Notes: generated by a model not told the origin, from the sequence alone. Counted from the stretch's first letter, positions 1 through 10,839 are shown. The stretch: 64,000 bases of DNA from Planctomycetota bacterium (GCA_965223265.1 OZ244999.1:7456001-7520000), one strand, 5' to 3'. Made by a program: numbers and translations.

Positions 1-556
1 TGTAGGTGCCCTCTTGCTCAATGGGATTCTGCGTGGCGATGACGAAGAACGGTGACGGCAGCGCGATGGTCCTCTCGCCTACCGTGACGTGCCGTTCCTG
101 CATCGCTTCGAGCAGAGCCGCCTGCGTCTTCGGGGGAGTTCGGTTGATCTCGTCGGCGAGAAGCATGTTGGTGAACACTGGGCCGTTGATGAATCGGAAG
201 GATCGACCGCCCGTATCCGGGTCCTCTTGCAGGACCTCTGTGCCGGTGATGTCCGACGGCATTAAATCGGGGGTGAACTGCACGCGGCGAAATTTCAGAG
301 AAAGAAGCCGCGACAGTGTGCTGACGAGCAATGTCTTTGCCATTCCCGGGACGCCCACAAGGATGCAGTGCCCCCCCGCGAAAAGAGCCAGCACGACTTG
401 CTCGACGATCTCGTCCTGGCCGACGATGACCTTGTGCATCTCGGAGCGCACCCGCTCGAACCCCTCACGCAGCACCTTGACGTGATCCGCCACGGCGGCC
501 TCATCGGCAAGAGTGCGTTCGGCGTCAGTGAAGTCTGCCGGATCGGAAAGAACCAT
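1..556 (-). CDS. MoxR-family AAA+ ATPase (3' end runs off window)
   Basis: Not in the ORF track, translated by hand: MVLSDPADF...[11 protein letters not shown]...GVPGMAKT (Walker A), [54 protein letters not shown] 6..485(+) is its antisense shadow. Confidence 0.95.
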   Translation of the reverse strand, partial: MVLSDPADFTDAERTLADEAAVADHVKVLREGFERVRSEMHKVIVGQDEIVEQVVLALFAGGHCILVGVPGMAKTLLVSTLSRLLSLKFRRVQFTPDLMPSDITGTEVLQEDPDTGGRSFRFINGPVFTNMLLADEINRTPPKTQAALLEAMQERHVTVGERTIALPSPFFVIATQNPIEQEGTY

Positions 557-618
557 ATGTTGTCGTCCGTCACGTAAAAAAAGAAAGTGCTCCAAGTCCT
601 GGAACGCCGTTGCGTCAG

Positions 619-3024
619 CTAACGCGCGGACTCCGCACGCCGCGCCTCTTCTACCGCGACGCGCAGCTGCGGATCACCGACCAACGTGACGAACGGGCCA
701 CCTTCTGCTGCCTCGTCGGCGCGGAGACGAGAGACCGTGCGCAGCGCGGAGACGACATCCGCCCGGCTTAAGCTAGTGGCCATTCGCGCGTAGAGCTGAT
801 CAAACTCTCTGATCTGCTCCGGGCCCCACGCCATCTCGTCAACAGAGTAGTCATCAAGTTGGTGCTTGTGGGTGTGAAAAAAAGCGTTCATCTGCGAGGA
901 ATACATGACACGGTTGAATTCTTGCAACTGCGTGTTGTTCAATCGACTCAATGGGCTCCCGACTTCGATGTCGGGCGTGACACCGTCTTGCAAGCGCTCA
1001 CCGAGTGGGCGCAGGATCGACGTCGTGGAGAGAATGAGCTGGCTTCGACCTCCGAGAATCTTCTGCGTCGCCGGACTCAGCGGGAAAATCTTCTGCTCGA
1101 GCCCCTTGCCGTAGGTCTGCTCGCCGACGACGACTGCACGTTGAAAATCTTTCAGAGTCGCCGCCAGCAACTCGGCTGCGCTCGCGGTGCGACGATTCAC
1201 AACGACGACGATTGGTCCAGAAAAGAGCGGCGGCCGATCAGGATGCACCGTCTCCTCGGTTCCGTCGACACTGAGGCGCCGTATAAGCGGCAGGCCGAGT
1301 TGTGCTGTCACGAGGACGTCGGCCGTGGCGACCGCCTCCCCCGTGAGGCCGCCAGGGTTGTCGCGCAGATCGATGACGAGACTGTTGAGCGGACGCCGCG
1401 CATCCTCGCCTTCGCCCGTGAGCGCGCGCAGTGCAGCAACAAATTCCCTTTGGGTGTCTTCGCCAAACAAGACGATCTTGATATAGCCGATACCCGGCTC
1501 CACGATTTGGTGCGTCACGTAGGGCAGCGTCAGTTCACCTCGCCGACAATGGAACGGCTTCGGACGTTCCCAGCCAAACCGTTCGACGACGAGACTAATC
1601 TCCTCCATACCGCTGCGCAGGAGCCTATCGAACTGCTTCAAATCATGCGCGCGCGTCGATAGCCCGTTGAGTCTGACGATGCGATCGCCGCTGCGCAGGC
1701 CAGCCTGGAACGCCGGCCCATCCTTGTGCACTTTGGCAACGACCAACGCCTCGCCTCGCTCGGGCAGGAGAAGTCTCAGCCCAAAGCCGCGATACAGCCC
1801 GAAGAGCTGCTCCTCCCGGCGGACGACCTCCTCCGGGCCGAGAAAACGCGAATAGGGATCGAGACCTTTGACGAACGCCTTGAGCGCGGCGACGAGCAAA
1901 TCACGCTCGCTCGAAGCCTGCTCGCTGACAGAGTGGCGCAAGATCTTCTCGATCACGTCGCGGAACGCGCCGTAGAACCGATCGGTTGTACCGTTGTGAG
2001 AGGAATGGGGACTCCCAGGCGGCGGAACACGGGACAGCTCTTGCTTGAGCTGATCGATCTCGCGACGCAGCTCGCGCTCAGCGTCGTTTCCGGGTTGGGG
2101 CGTGCTCCGTACCACGACCCATCGAGCGGCCTCCCGACCACGTTCTGTTGGTTCCCCGCGTAGGATGCGCAAAACACGGTCGACGTCCGGCGAGGGATGG
2201 CCAGCCGACGCCAACAACAACGCCGCTTCGTTCTTGAGGTTGTCGTCCGAGCCCTTGAGCAGGCCGAAGATCGGCGCCAGTCGATGGTTCTGATTCGTCA
2301 GCGCGTAGAGAGCCAGGCAGGCTTCCATCATCCGCGCCGGCTGTGAAGTCTCGCGGACGATTTCCTCGAGTCCAGCAATCACGTGTGCTGAATAGCTCCG
2401 CTTCGCGAGCAACCGGATCGCGGCGAGCCCGACGCTCTCTTCCGCCTCTTCTTCGATCGCGGTGGTGAGCAGAGACAAAAGGGCACGGTCGTGAAACGCT
2501 CGTTCCTTACGGGCAGCAAGTAACTCCGCGGCGATCAATCGCTGCATGCCCTGCGTTTGCGGCAGAATCGCATAGAGTGCGTCAGCAACAGTGAGCGGTG
2601 CCGACCGGAACTCTGAGCGGAGTTTCTCCACGCCGCTCCACGAACTTGCGATGTCGCGCTGAGCGAGGCTTTCGATGCGACTCAGGAGAGCATCGATACC
2701 CGCCGCCGAGTCGCCACCGTCGCTGCCATCAACCGTGGCGTCGGTTTCGACTCCGTTGCCGATGCCCGCGCTCGGAGTCGGCGCAGGCTTGAGACCAGTG
2801 GTCCCCGATTTTTCGGTCAATACCGTTTTCGGTGCGGGCGATGAAGATGGGATCGGCGATCGCGGCGGCGGAGCCGGTGGTGCGGAGGCTTCCGGAACGA
2901 CCTCGGGCGGGGTGGCTTCGAGCACAAACGACTCATACGCACAAGCCCAGAGAACGAGCGTCACGACCAGGAGCATCGCGCCGACGGCGAGATATCGCCC
3001 AAACGAGTCTACGCGTCGTGTCAT
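619..3024 (-). CDS. S41-family C-terminal processing protease with N-terminal anchor, HEAT-like region and PDZ
   Basis: [12 protein letters not shown] ([14 protein letters not shown]), [14 protein letters not shown] (catalytic Ser), GEQTYGKG (catalytic Lys), GVTPDIEV. Confidence 0.9.
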   Translation of the reverse strand: MTRRVDSFGRYLAVGAMLLVVTLVLWACAYESFVLEATPPEVVPEASAPPAPPPRSPIPSSSPAPKTVLTEKSGTTGLKPAPTPSAGIGNGVETDATVDGSDGGDSAAGIDALLSRIESLAQRDIASSWSGVEKLRSEFRSAPLTVADALYAILPQTQGMQRLIAAELLAARKERAFHDRALLSLLTTAIEEEAEESVGLAAIRLLAKRSYSAHVIAGLEEIVRETSQPARMMEACLALYALTNQNHRLAPIFGLLKGSDDNLKNEAALLLASAGHPSPDVDRVLRILRGEPTERGREAARWVVVRSTPQPGNDAERELRREIDQLKQELSRVPPPGSPHSSHNGTTDRFYGAFRDVIEKILRHSVSEQASSERDLLVAALKAFVKGLDPYSRFLGPEEVVRREEQLFGLYRGFGLRLLLPERGEALVVAKVHKDGPAFQAGLRSGDRIVRLNGLSTRAHDLKQFDRLLRSGMEEISLVVERFGWERPKPFHCRRGELTLPYVTHQIVEPGIGYIKIVLFGEDTQREFVAALRALTGEGEDARRPLNSLVIDLRDNPGGLTGEAVATADVLVTAQLGLPLIRRLSVDGTEETVHPDRPPLFSGPIVVVVNRRTASAAELLAATLKDFQRAVVVGEQTYGKGLEQKIFPLSPATQKILGGRSQLILSTTSILRPLGERLQDGVTPDIEVGSPLSRLNNTQLQEFNRVMYSSQMNAFFHTHKHQLDDYSVDEMAWGPEQIREFDQLYARMATSLSRADVVSALRTVSRLRADEAAEGGPFVTLVGDPQLRVAVEEARRAESAR

Positions 3025-3253
3025 ACAGTCAAACGCTACCGCCTGCTATTGCCGTGTATCCATCAACACCGCTTCGATGGTACCACGACCAACCGCCCCA
3101 TTCCCAGGACGCGCTGCCGACCGCTAACAGCGCTAAGGTCGAGTCAGCCGCTGAAACACCGAATTCGAGTCGAGAGCGCGAACAGGGTCGTGTCGGTGAA
3201 TGCCCGAATCATGTCGGGTTTGTGATCTGTGACCGGCAAACGCCGTTCGTCTA

Positions 3254-4477
3254 TTAGCCGTCGATGCTACTGGGCGTGCGGGTCCCACCCACCTTCTCGA
3301 GCGCCGCTTGAAATCGCAGCAGCTCTTCCTGCGGTGGTGCTAGCCACTTGCCGCGCGTCGTTCGTTGACGAACGGTCTCCCCTTGATACACGACGCTTGT
3401 GATGTGGAGGCCGTCGTCGTTGAACACGTGAACTCGATTCTTCGGACCTAGAACCACCCACGTCTTCTCTTCAACGTCGCGATAGATCGACGTCCCATCG
3501 GCGGCGAGCGCATCCTGCAGCGCCGTAGCGGCAGGACGCCGACGATCGAGGTGGCGATCCTGCGAATGGCGGGTACGGCGTTTCTGTTGGCGAAAAATTC
3601 GCTCAAGGTTGCGTGCTAGCTGCTCAAAGATCCTATGCGATCGGCGACGATAGAGCCCCCAGCGTTGACGCCTCGGCGACTTCAGTAGCGAAAGATCCTG
3701 TAGTCGAGAGCGTGCAATCGAAATAGCGTCAATCAGCCGCGGGTCCGCGTCGGCTTCGAGTGCGTCGAAGGCGCTACCACCATCAGGCAGCACGCCGATG
3801 ACGTTCAGAAGCGCACCGCGGCGAAGGTCTCCGGTATGCACCGCCTGGACCGTTAGAGCCACGTTTGCACGCGGCACCCCCGGCCGACCACCGAGCCGCA
3901 GGTACCCGACGATGAGCTGGCCCAGGAGTCGGAAGTGAGACGCCCACTTGCCGTAAACCTGTAGCTGCTGCTCCGTCAATTCGGCTGCACTTTGGACGAG
4001 CGCGATCGGATACGCCCCATCGTCATAAAGTCGATGGACCCGCGGGTCACGTCGATCGATCAAAACCGAACCGAACTCGCGCCAGCGCGGCTCGCCCGTC
4101 TGCGAAAAGCCGACAAATACACTGCGCGGTTCCACGGGAGCGGAATGATCGCAGTCGAAGCTCTTACACCAGTGGCAGTAGACTCTTCCGCGAGGAATCG
4201 GAGTCTCCTGTTGGACGAGCCGATCGACATGCCGGCGGAGCTGCTCAAAGAGCTCCGACGACGTCGATTCGCCCTCTCGAGCGGTCAGTCGGAAACTCAA
4301 TGGCTCCTGCCGCGGCTCCCGGGCAAGAGACCCGCTGGCCTGCTTGTGGGCGATGAGATCCGCGTAAAGTCGCCGCAGCTTCGCCTCGATTTCGCGAGCT
4401 CGCCCAGCGAACGCATCGAACGACACCCCCTCTTGCGCAGTGGCGTCCCGCTTTCCATCGCCTTGCTGCGAGTCCAT
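3254..4477 (-). CDS. Hypothetical protein with CxxC-x4-CxH Zn motif and possible RNase-like C-terminus
   Basis: 407 aa ORF with SD-like AAGGAG upstream of the ATG; motif YCHWCKSFDCDH; C-terminal TRHSQDRH...VVLGPKNRVHVF...HITS. Confidence 0.8.
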   Translation of the reverse strand: MDSQQGDGKRDATAQEGVSFDAFAGRAREIEAKLRRLYADLIAHKQASGSLAREPRQEPLSFRLTAREGESTSSELFEQLRRHVDRLVQQETPIPRGRVYCHWCKSFDCDHSAPVEPRSVFVGFSQTGEPRWREFGSVLIDRRDPRVHRLYDDGAYPIALVQSAAELTEQQLQVYGKWASHFRLLGQLIVGYLRLGGRPGVPRANVALTVQAVHTGDLRRGALLNVIGVLPDGGSAFDALEADADPRLIDAISIARSRLQDLSLLKSPRRQRWGLYRRRSHRIFEQLARNLERIFRQQKRRTRHSQDRHLDRRRPAATALQDALAADGTSIYRDVEEKTWVVLGPKNRVHVFNDDGLHITSVVYQGETVRQRTTRGKWLAPPQEELLRFQAALEKVGGTRTPSSIDG

Positions 4478-4756
4478 AGCCCACTCCTTTCGTTCTTGCC
4501 CGCTTCGGTGCCTCCCAGCTCAGTGAGCGAGCGGTGCGGGAGGCTGGCGGAATGCGACTCGATTCTACCGCGCCGCAGCAAGGAGATTCTACGATGGCCC
4601 CCGGGCTCCCGCCGGTTCGGATGTCGTCGCGAGGAGCGCGGCTCCGAACGCCCTGTAGAAAACCGTTTCGACAACAAACATCGCCGATATGTACACCTGC
4701 GCTAACCCGAAACCAGCTGTGCGCGAGGTTGCAGAGCCTCTGTCCTGTCCGCAGCG

Positions 4757-5593
4757 TCACCGTGGCCTACGCGCTAGCGCGAAGAGTTGCGATGCAAAGA
4801 GTTCCTTCAGCCAACGGCTACGGCGAAACCCTTTCAACAGGGGGTCTTTGATGCGCGACGATCCAAAGACTCGGTGCAATGGGTAGGTGCCTTCAAGCCA
4901 GAGAGCGTCGATTTCGAAGCCGCTGCTGCGGAGCGATCGCTTCAGATCGCCCCGCGTCTGCTCGTTGACGTGGTAGAGTGGTCCTGACCCAGGCGTCATC
5001 TCGGTGCGCAGGTCAGTGGGCAGCCGGACGCCCCAAAGCCGCGAGAGCCGCGCCAACACAGGAATCGTGAAATTGAGCAGGCGGCGGTTCGGCTGCGTGT
5101 GAATGACAGCTCGGCCACCCGGTCGAAGAACTCGACGCACTTCTCGCAGGAGTCGATAGTTCGCCTGCGCCGGGAGATGCTCGACGACGTCGCTAAGAAC
5201 GACCGCGTCGACCTCCCCAGAGGGAAGGGGAAGATGTTCGGCTCGTGCGCGGAGAATCGCGACGCTCAGATCCGCCTCCGGCGGTGCTTCCCGACGCCAG
5301 ACGGCAAGTGCTTCGCTTGTCAACCGGACCGCACTCGGGGACGGATCGAGCGCGACGGCGCGAGCACCGCGACGAGCGACCTGCAAGGCCACTTCACCGC
5401 GGCCGCATCCGACGTCGACAATGCGTTCGCCCGGTTTCGCCGCAAGCAGATTCACGACCTTGCGCAGGCGCCGGCTCAGCCTGCGCCCACTCGTGGAACG
5501 AAACAGCTGATGCCCCTCGCAATCGTCTAGGTAGTAACGGCGAGGGTAGAGTTTTTCCAGCGTCGACGCGTCAACGAGCTCTTGGTTCGACAC
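4757..5593 (-). CDS. Class I SAM-dependent methyltransferase
   Basis: IVDVGCGRG motif I, LPLPSGEVDAVVLSDVVEHL, RVLRPGG. Confidence 0.92.
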   Translation of the reverse strand: MSNQELVDASTLEKLYPRRYYLDDCEGHQLFRSTSGRRLSRRLRKVVNLLAAKPGERIVDVGCGRGEVALQVARRGARAVALDPSPSAVRLTSEALAVWRREAPPEADLSVAILRARAEHLPLPSGEVDAVVLSDVVEHLPAQANYRLLREVRRVLRPGGRAVIHTQPNRRLLNFTIPVLARLSRLWGVRLPTDLRTEMTPGSGPLYHVNEQTRGDLKRSLRSSGFEIDALWLEGTYPLHRVFGSSRIKDPLLKGFRRSRWLKELFASQLFALARRPR

Positions 5594-6113
5594 CGATCAG
5601 TTCCACATCGAGCGTCAGATCTGCACCAGGCGGAACGACGGTCGGATGGCCGGCGCTGCCGTACGCTAAGCTGCTCGGCACGAAAAGCTCACGCCGTTCA
5701 CCCGGCGCCATGTCGAGAAGTGCATACAAGAGCCCGTCGATCAGCTCCATGCTGCTGAGCACCTGCGTCTGAGGCTTCTTCCCCGCACGGGTGTCGCCGA
5801 TCTGTTGCCCACTCGTGAGGCGCCCAGTCCAATGAAACGACACCGTGTCACCAAGTTTCGGAGACTCGCCGCTTCCCTTCTGAAGGACGACGTACTCGAA
5901 CCCTTTCGGATGCCGCTGCCGAGCACCGGCGCTCGTGTCGCTGCCGGCCTGCAGGGCCCCGGTCGCGGCAGCGCCAGAATCGACAGCCTCCTTGTCCTGC
6001 GAATCACAGCCAGACGCGAAAAGCGCCAAAGAAAGAGCGCTCGCAAGAGCCACAAGTCCGAGGCGGTTTCGGCAGTTTTGGTGCTGGGTCATGGGATCTT
6101 GATCGTTCGTCAA
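5571..6113 (-). CDS. FKBP-type peptidyl-prolyl isomerase, probable lipoprotein
   Basis: Lipobox FASGC; GDTVSFHWTGRL, GERRELFVPSSLAYG, VPPGADLTLDVEL. Start may be ATG 6092. Confidence 0.9.
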   Translation of the reverse strand: MTNDQDPMTQHQNCRNRLGLVALASALSLALFASGCDSQDKEAVDSGAAATGALQAGSDTSAGARQRHPKGFEYVVLQKGSGESPKLGDTVSFHWTGRLTSGQQIGDTRAGKKPQTQVLSSMELIDGLLYALLDMAPGERRELFVPSSLAYGSAGHPTVVPPGADLTLDVELIGVEPRAR

Positions 6114-6496
6114 AAGGATAGTTGTTGACTCGCGTCCGCACGCATGGCGGGCGACAGGGGCGATCCAAACGCGAGCAGTTGTCTATCCCTTGGACGCTCA
6201 CCCGTCCGATCGCTGACGTCGCGATGCGTGACCGTTATTCACCCCCTACGATACCGGTTTTTCTGAGGTAGGAAAGGGGGAAACACCGCGTCTCCTCTGT
6301 CCGAGTGGTGACGAGGCACGCCGCTTGCCGCAACGGACCTCCAGTGGCCCCTGGAAACCGTGATGCAATCGTGAGTGAAGCGAACATGGAGACTCGACGA
6401 CGAAACCTTCAGCCCCCCTCTTTGCCGAAAGACGCTGGCATGGTAAAGGGGTACTCTTCAAATTCGATGAATTCGCGTAGTGACGGTTCCGTCGAG

Positions 6497-7180
6497 ATGA
6501 TTCGCGCTAAGACGACTTGTCGTAACATTGTATTCTTCGGCCCTCCAGGTGTCGGCAAGGGCGTCCAAGCGAGGATCGTCAGCGAGCGCGACCACCTCGC
6601 CTACTTGTCGACCGGCGACGCGATTCGGGACCATGTCCGCCGCAACACCGACTTGGGACGACGTGTCAAGGACGCGATCGCGCGCGGTCTTTTCGCTGAC
6701 GACGAAACCGTCGTCAGCATCGTGGCGGAGAACCTAGATCGCGAGGCGTTCCAGGGTGGCTTCATTCTCGACGGCTTCCCGCGCAACGTCCGGCAAGCGA
6801 AGCAGCTCGATCAGCTTCTCGCCAAACGTGGTCGCAGGATTGACTGCGTCGTTTTCCTCCGCGCACCAGAACAGACGATTCTTGAACGCGTTTCCGGACG
6901 CCTCGTGTGCCAGGAATGTGGTTGCTCGTATCATGCCGCGTTTCGTCGACCAAGGGTCGACGGCGAGTGCGACGCGTGCGGCGGCGGCATCTGTCGACGC
7001 CCCGACGACGAGCCACAGGCTTGCCGCCAACGCTTGCGGATTTACACCGAACAGACAGCACCGTTGGAACAGTACTATGCGCAGCACAATCTGCTCGCCT
7101 ACGTCGACAGCGCACGGGCGCCGGAAGAAGTCGCACTCAGCATCGCACACGCGCTCGGACACGGCGCCAGCAGCACCTGA
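6497..7180 (+). CDS. adk: Adenylate kinase (long, Zn-binding LID)
   Basis: GPPGVGKG, STGDAIR, FILDGFPRNVRQA, LID CQEC...CDAC, RPDD. Start trimmed from ORF 6305 to ATG 6497. Confidence 0.93.
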   Translation: MIRAKTTCRNIVFFGPPGVGKGVQARIVSERDHLAYLSTGDAIRDHVRRNTDLGRRVKDAIARGLFADDETVVSIVAENLDREAFQGGFILDGFPRNVRQAKQLDQLLAKRGRRIDCVVFLRAPEQTILERVSGRLVCQECGCSYHAAFRRPRVDGECDACGGGICRRPDDEPQACRQRLRIYTEQTAPLEQYYAQHNLLAYVDSARAPEEVALSIAHALGHGASST

Positions 7181-7266
7181 CCCAACCGATCTTCGAATGG
7201 ATCGTTGGAGCCATCCTCGTCTGCCCCCCAACCAGAGCGAGACCTCGAACTCGAAGCGATGGGCGC

Positions 7267-7304
7267 AAAAAAAGGGCGCTTCCGAATAAATCCAGAAGCG
7301 CCCT
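7267..7304 (-). terminator. Intrinsic terminator on the minus strand
   Basis: Perfect 10-bp stem AGGGCGCTTC/GAAGCGCCCT, extendable to 14 bp with G-U pairs on the minus strand only, followed by a U-run (A7 on plus, 7267-7273). Confidence 0.7.
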
Positions 7305-7445
7305 GGGGCAGTTGTGGGGATGAAAAGTTATGCTCATCTTCCAGCAGACATCAAGACGAATCCTTCGCAATCTTCGACGTTCGCCGGATATAAGGGTGTC
7401 GACCGCACTTGTTGAATCAGCGCCGAAGGACGCCGAGCGACTGGA

Positions 7446-8819
7446 ATGAAGCGGCTACTCGTCATCGATGTCGTCGGGCTTACCAAGGGACTTGTTGGTG
7501 AAAACACGCCGCACCTATGTCGGCTAGCAAGCTCGGGATTTCAGGCCGTTTTGCGACCGGCACTCCCCGCGGTGACCTGTACGGCGCAGAGCACGATACT
7601 GACGGGAACTCTACCGCGTCAGCACGGTGTTGTGGCGAACGGCTGGCTGTTCCGGGACCTGGCCCAGGTCTGGCTGTGGCGGCAGTCAAACCACCTCGTC
7701 CATGGTGAGAAGGTTTGGCATCGGGCGCGCGCACGCGACGCGTCTTTTACCTGCGCGCAAGTTTTTTGGTGGTACAACATGTACGCCGACGTTGACTGGT
7801 CGGTGACACCACGCCCCGCATACTTTGCAGATGGCCGCAAGCTTCCAGACATCTATTGCCAACCGGCGGCACTTCGAGCGAAGCTCTCAAGCCAAGTCGG
7901 GGAGTTCCCGCTGTTTCAGTTTTGGGGACCCGCTGCGGGACTGAAGTCGTCGCAGTGGATTGCCGACGCCGCAGCGTTCGTCATGCGGCAGAAGCGCCCG
8001 ACCTTGACGCTCGTCTATCTGCCGCATCTCGACTACGACCTACAGCGCTTCGGCCCCGGCGACCCGCGCATCGCCGCGGAGGTCAGAGCTGTGGACGAAA
8101 TCGTGGGCCAACTCGCAGCCACAGCCTCTGAAATTGACGCGGAAGTCATCGCGCTTTCCGAATACGGAATCACAACCGTCGACGGGAGCGTCTCCATCAA
8201 TCGCGTGCTACGAAAAGCGGGGTTGCTCGAGGTTTACGCGGCGCGCAATGGAGAAATCCTCGACGTCGGATCGTCCCGCGCATTCGCGCTCAGCGATCAC
8301 CAAGTAGCCCATGTCTACATTCGCAATCGAAGCGACATTGCCGCCGTCGAGAAGCTGCTCGCGGCGACGGAAGGGATCGAGACGGTCCTCGACGAAAACG
8401 GCAAAGCACAAGTCGGTTTAGACCATCCTCGCAGCGGCGAACTGATCGCTGTCTCTGCGCCCGGCCGATGGTTCGATTACTACTACTGGCTCGACGACGA
8501 CCAAGCCCCAGACTTCGCACGCACGGTCGATATCCACCAAAAACCCGGGTATGACCCAGTCGAGCTCTTTCTCGACGAGCAGAAACCACTCGTCAAGTTG
8601 CAGATCGGCGCGAAACTGCTCGCACGCCGCGTTGGGTTCCGTTCACTCTTGAATGTGATTCCGCTGACTCCACACCTGGTCCGCGGCTCCCATGGGCGTC
8701 TCCCCGAGCACGACGACGACGCGCCGGTCCTGATTTCCACGAGTGCTGCGGCACAGCTTTCACGTCTTCACATGACGGAAGTTGCCGACTTAATGTTGTC
8801 GACCATCTTCGACGCATAG
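7446..8819 (+). CDS. Alkaline-phosphatase-superfamily nucleotide pyrophosphatase/phosphodiesterase, EboF-like
   Basis: VIDVVGLT, PAVTCTAQST, HGVVANGW, YLPHLDYDLQRFGP, PDFARTVDIHQKPGYDPVELF, VRGSHG. Confidence 0.88.
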   Translation: MKRLLVIDVVGLTKGLVGENTPHLCRLASSGFQAVLRPALPAVTCTAQSTILTGTLPRQHGVVANGWLFRDLAQVWLWRQSNHLVHGEKVWHRARARDASFTCAQVFWWYNMYADVDWSVTPRPAYFADGRKLPDIYCQPAALRAKLSSQVGEFPLFQFWGPAAGLKSSQWIADAAAFVMRQKRPTLTLVYLPHLDYDLQRFGPGDPRIAAEVRAVDEIVGQLAATASEIDAEVIALSEYGITTVDGSVSINRVLRKAGLLEVYAARNGEILDVGSSRAFALSDHQVAHVYIRNRSDIAAVEKLLAATEGIETVLDENGKAQVGLDHPRSGELIAVSAPGRWFDYYYWLDDDQAPDFARTVDIHQKPGYDPVELFLDEQKPLVKLQIGAKLLARRVGFRSLLNVIPLTPHLVRGSHGRLPEHDDDAPVLISTSAAAQLSRLHMTEVADLMLSTIFDA

Positions 8820-8893
8820 AAAAAGTGCGACGCAGCGGAGCCTCTTGCCGACCGAGGTTCACACCCGGCCGACGCCGGCGCTCGACTCGACCA

Positions 8894-10819
8894 CTACGAG
8901 CCCCGACTTCGACGCAAAAACTCTTCGGCTTCGCTCACGACATCTGTGGGGTACCCTTGCGCCGACAGGACACGAATGGCGTTGCGTCGTGGACTCACCC
9001 CCTCGCGCAAACGATAGTCAAAGTGCATCTGACCGTCCCGCATTTCGTCGAGCAGGTGGTGATTGAGCATGCCGCGCTCGCGGTCCCGATCGACGAGCTC
9101 CGTGAGTTGTACGTCATGGGTCGCGACAATCATGAGCGCGCCGGAATCTCTGAAGTACTTGAGAACCGCACGTGAAATCGCCAACCTCTCGGCGGAGTTG
9201 GTACCGCGAAAGAGTTCATCGAAAAGAGCGAGAACGTGTCGCTCTTGACTCACCATCTCCAAGGTTCGCAGCACCCGCTCCACTTCGACTTGGAAATAGC
9301 TCTTACCGTCGTCGAGCGAATCTCTCACGTTGACGTCAGTCTGAAGAATGAGCGGCGTACAACGAAACTCCCGGCCACACACCGGGCCTCCGATCGTCGC
9401 CAGCAGTACATTCGTGCCGACAGCCTTGAGATACGTCGACTTGCCGGCCATGTTCGATCCCGTCAGGATCCAAAGATTGGCTTTGTCGTCGAGGCAAACT
9501 TTGTTCTGAACGCAGCGAGAAGGCGGCAACAAGGGATGGCCCATGGCCGCCGCGCGAACACTCGGTAGTTCGGCGTCCAACACTTCTGGAAGCGAGAAAC
9601 TCTTCTGCTCGGCGAGCGGCGTCGCAAGGCTAATGACGGCCTCCATCTCGCCGATCGCACCAGCCGCCGACGCGAGCTCGCCGCGGTGACGTTCGACAGC
9701 GGAGAGAGCGCTCGGTAAGAATCTCAACTCCCAAAGCGTCAAGGCGTTGAGTATTTCGAACACGATCCCGAAATCGTGGAGCGAAAGGAGATCGACGTAG
9801 CGGGAAAGCCGCTTCGTCAGCGTTTCGAGCCCGCCGATCGCCGCGTCGATCTGGCGCCACTCCCTGACCTCGAGCTGAGCGCGCGCCAAGGCCGAGCGAA
9901 CATCCTGCCAGGCGCCGAGTAGCGGGCGGAGAAGAAGAATCCGGTCGCGTGCTGGGTTCGAGTGGCGCACCAGCGTCGCGATCACGATGAGATTCACGAC
10001 GACGCATGGTACTAGCAGGCCGAGGAGCTCAAAACGTCGCAGCGCGATGGCGGTGGCGACGATGACAAGTGGGACGTTGCCGACGGTCAGCACCAGACGA
10101 CGAGCCTGCTTCAGCCACGACAGGTCCGACTTTCGACCCAGGAACTGGGCAAGTGGGGCTAAATCGTGGCGACGGAGCGGCAACACGGCAAGCAGCAAGT
10201 CACGGCGTGCCTCTGAGCGCGCGGCGATCTCCGCGACCGCCTTTTGCCGCTCGTGGATGTCGTCGGCGCGCCGCAGCGGTCGCGAAATGGATCGGACCAG
10301 CCGCTGCCGACCGAAGAACGTGCTTGTCCAATCGAGAAACCCGAGAAGGCTCCTGCGCCCCCTCAGCAGCCCGAGGTCGTCGGCGCTGCTTGGGTCGATC
10401 GCGTACGACGCCGCCTCCGGTTCGTAGACGCGCTCGCCACGCTCCAGGGGTGACGCCCCGGAAAGCTCACATGGCGCCTCATAGTCTCGCTCTTCGTAGG
10501 CAACCCTCAGTCGCTCCTCGTCGGTCAAAGTGATCTCGTCTTCAACCCGGCGCAGACGATCGACAATGCGTCCGTGGTGGCCGATCACTATGACGAAAAA
10601 CGCCGCACCCGGTACCGCGACGGCGTAGAAGAAGAAAGAAGACTCCGTCGCGGCTGCCAAGCCAAGAATGCAGAGCCCGAAGAAGAGAAGTCGCAGCCAC
10701 GAGTCTCGGCGGCTGATGCTGTCGAGACGGGCTTTTTCGCGCTCCAGCTCACGGACGCACTGATCGCCATCCCGTTGCTCGAGGTCGGCACCTTCTTTGA
10801 TCTCTTGCGTCCGCAACAA
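8894..10819 (-). CDS. MutS-related ATPase (domain V) with transmembrane segments
   Basis: LTGSNMAGKSTYL, DSLDDGKSYFQVEV, FDELFRGTNSAER, VATHD; hydrophobic N-terminal helices; no mismatch-binding domain I. Confidence 0.9.
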   Translation of the reverse strand: MLRTQEIKEGADLEQRDGDQCVRELEREKARLDSISRRDSWLRLLFFGLCILGLAAATESSFFFYAVAVPGAAFFVIVIGHHGRIVDRLRRVEDEITLTDEERLRVAYEERDYEAPCELSGASPLERGERVYEPEAASYAIDPSSADDLGLLRGRRSLLGFLDWTSTFFGRQRLVRSISRPLRRADDIHERQKAVAEIAARSEARRDLLLAVLPLRRHDLAPLAQFLGRKSDLSWLKQARRLVLTVGNVPLVIVATAIALRRFELLGLLVPCVVVNLIVIATLVRHSNPARDRILLLRPLLGAWQDVRSALARAQLEVREWRQIDAAIGGLETLTKRLSRYVDLLSLHDFGIVFEILNALTLWELRFLPSALSAVERHRGELASAAGAIGEMEAVISLATPLAEQKSFSLPEVLDAELPSVRAAAMGHPLLPPSRCVQNKVCLDDKANLWILTGSNMAGKSTYLKAVGTNVLLATIGGPVCGREFRCTPLILQTDVNVRDSLDDGKSYFQVEVERVLRTLEMVSQERHVLALFDELFRGTNSAERLAISRAVLKYFRDSGALMIVATHDVQLTELVDRDRERGMLNHHLLDEMRDGQMHFDYRLREGVSPRRNAIRVLSAQGYPTDVVSEAEEFLRRSRGS

Positions 10820-10839
10820 ACCTCGCTCCTAGCCTCGAG

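Noticed and set aside
6-485. 159-aa plus-strand ORF and many similar long antisense ORFs across the window
   Set aside because: These are shadows of real genes on the opposite strand, as expected in GC-rich DNA.
6190-6260. c-di-AMP (ydaO) riboswitch on the minus strand (GGGGTGAAT, CGTCAGC)
   Set aside because: The other conserved blocks and spacing are missing.
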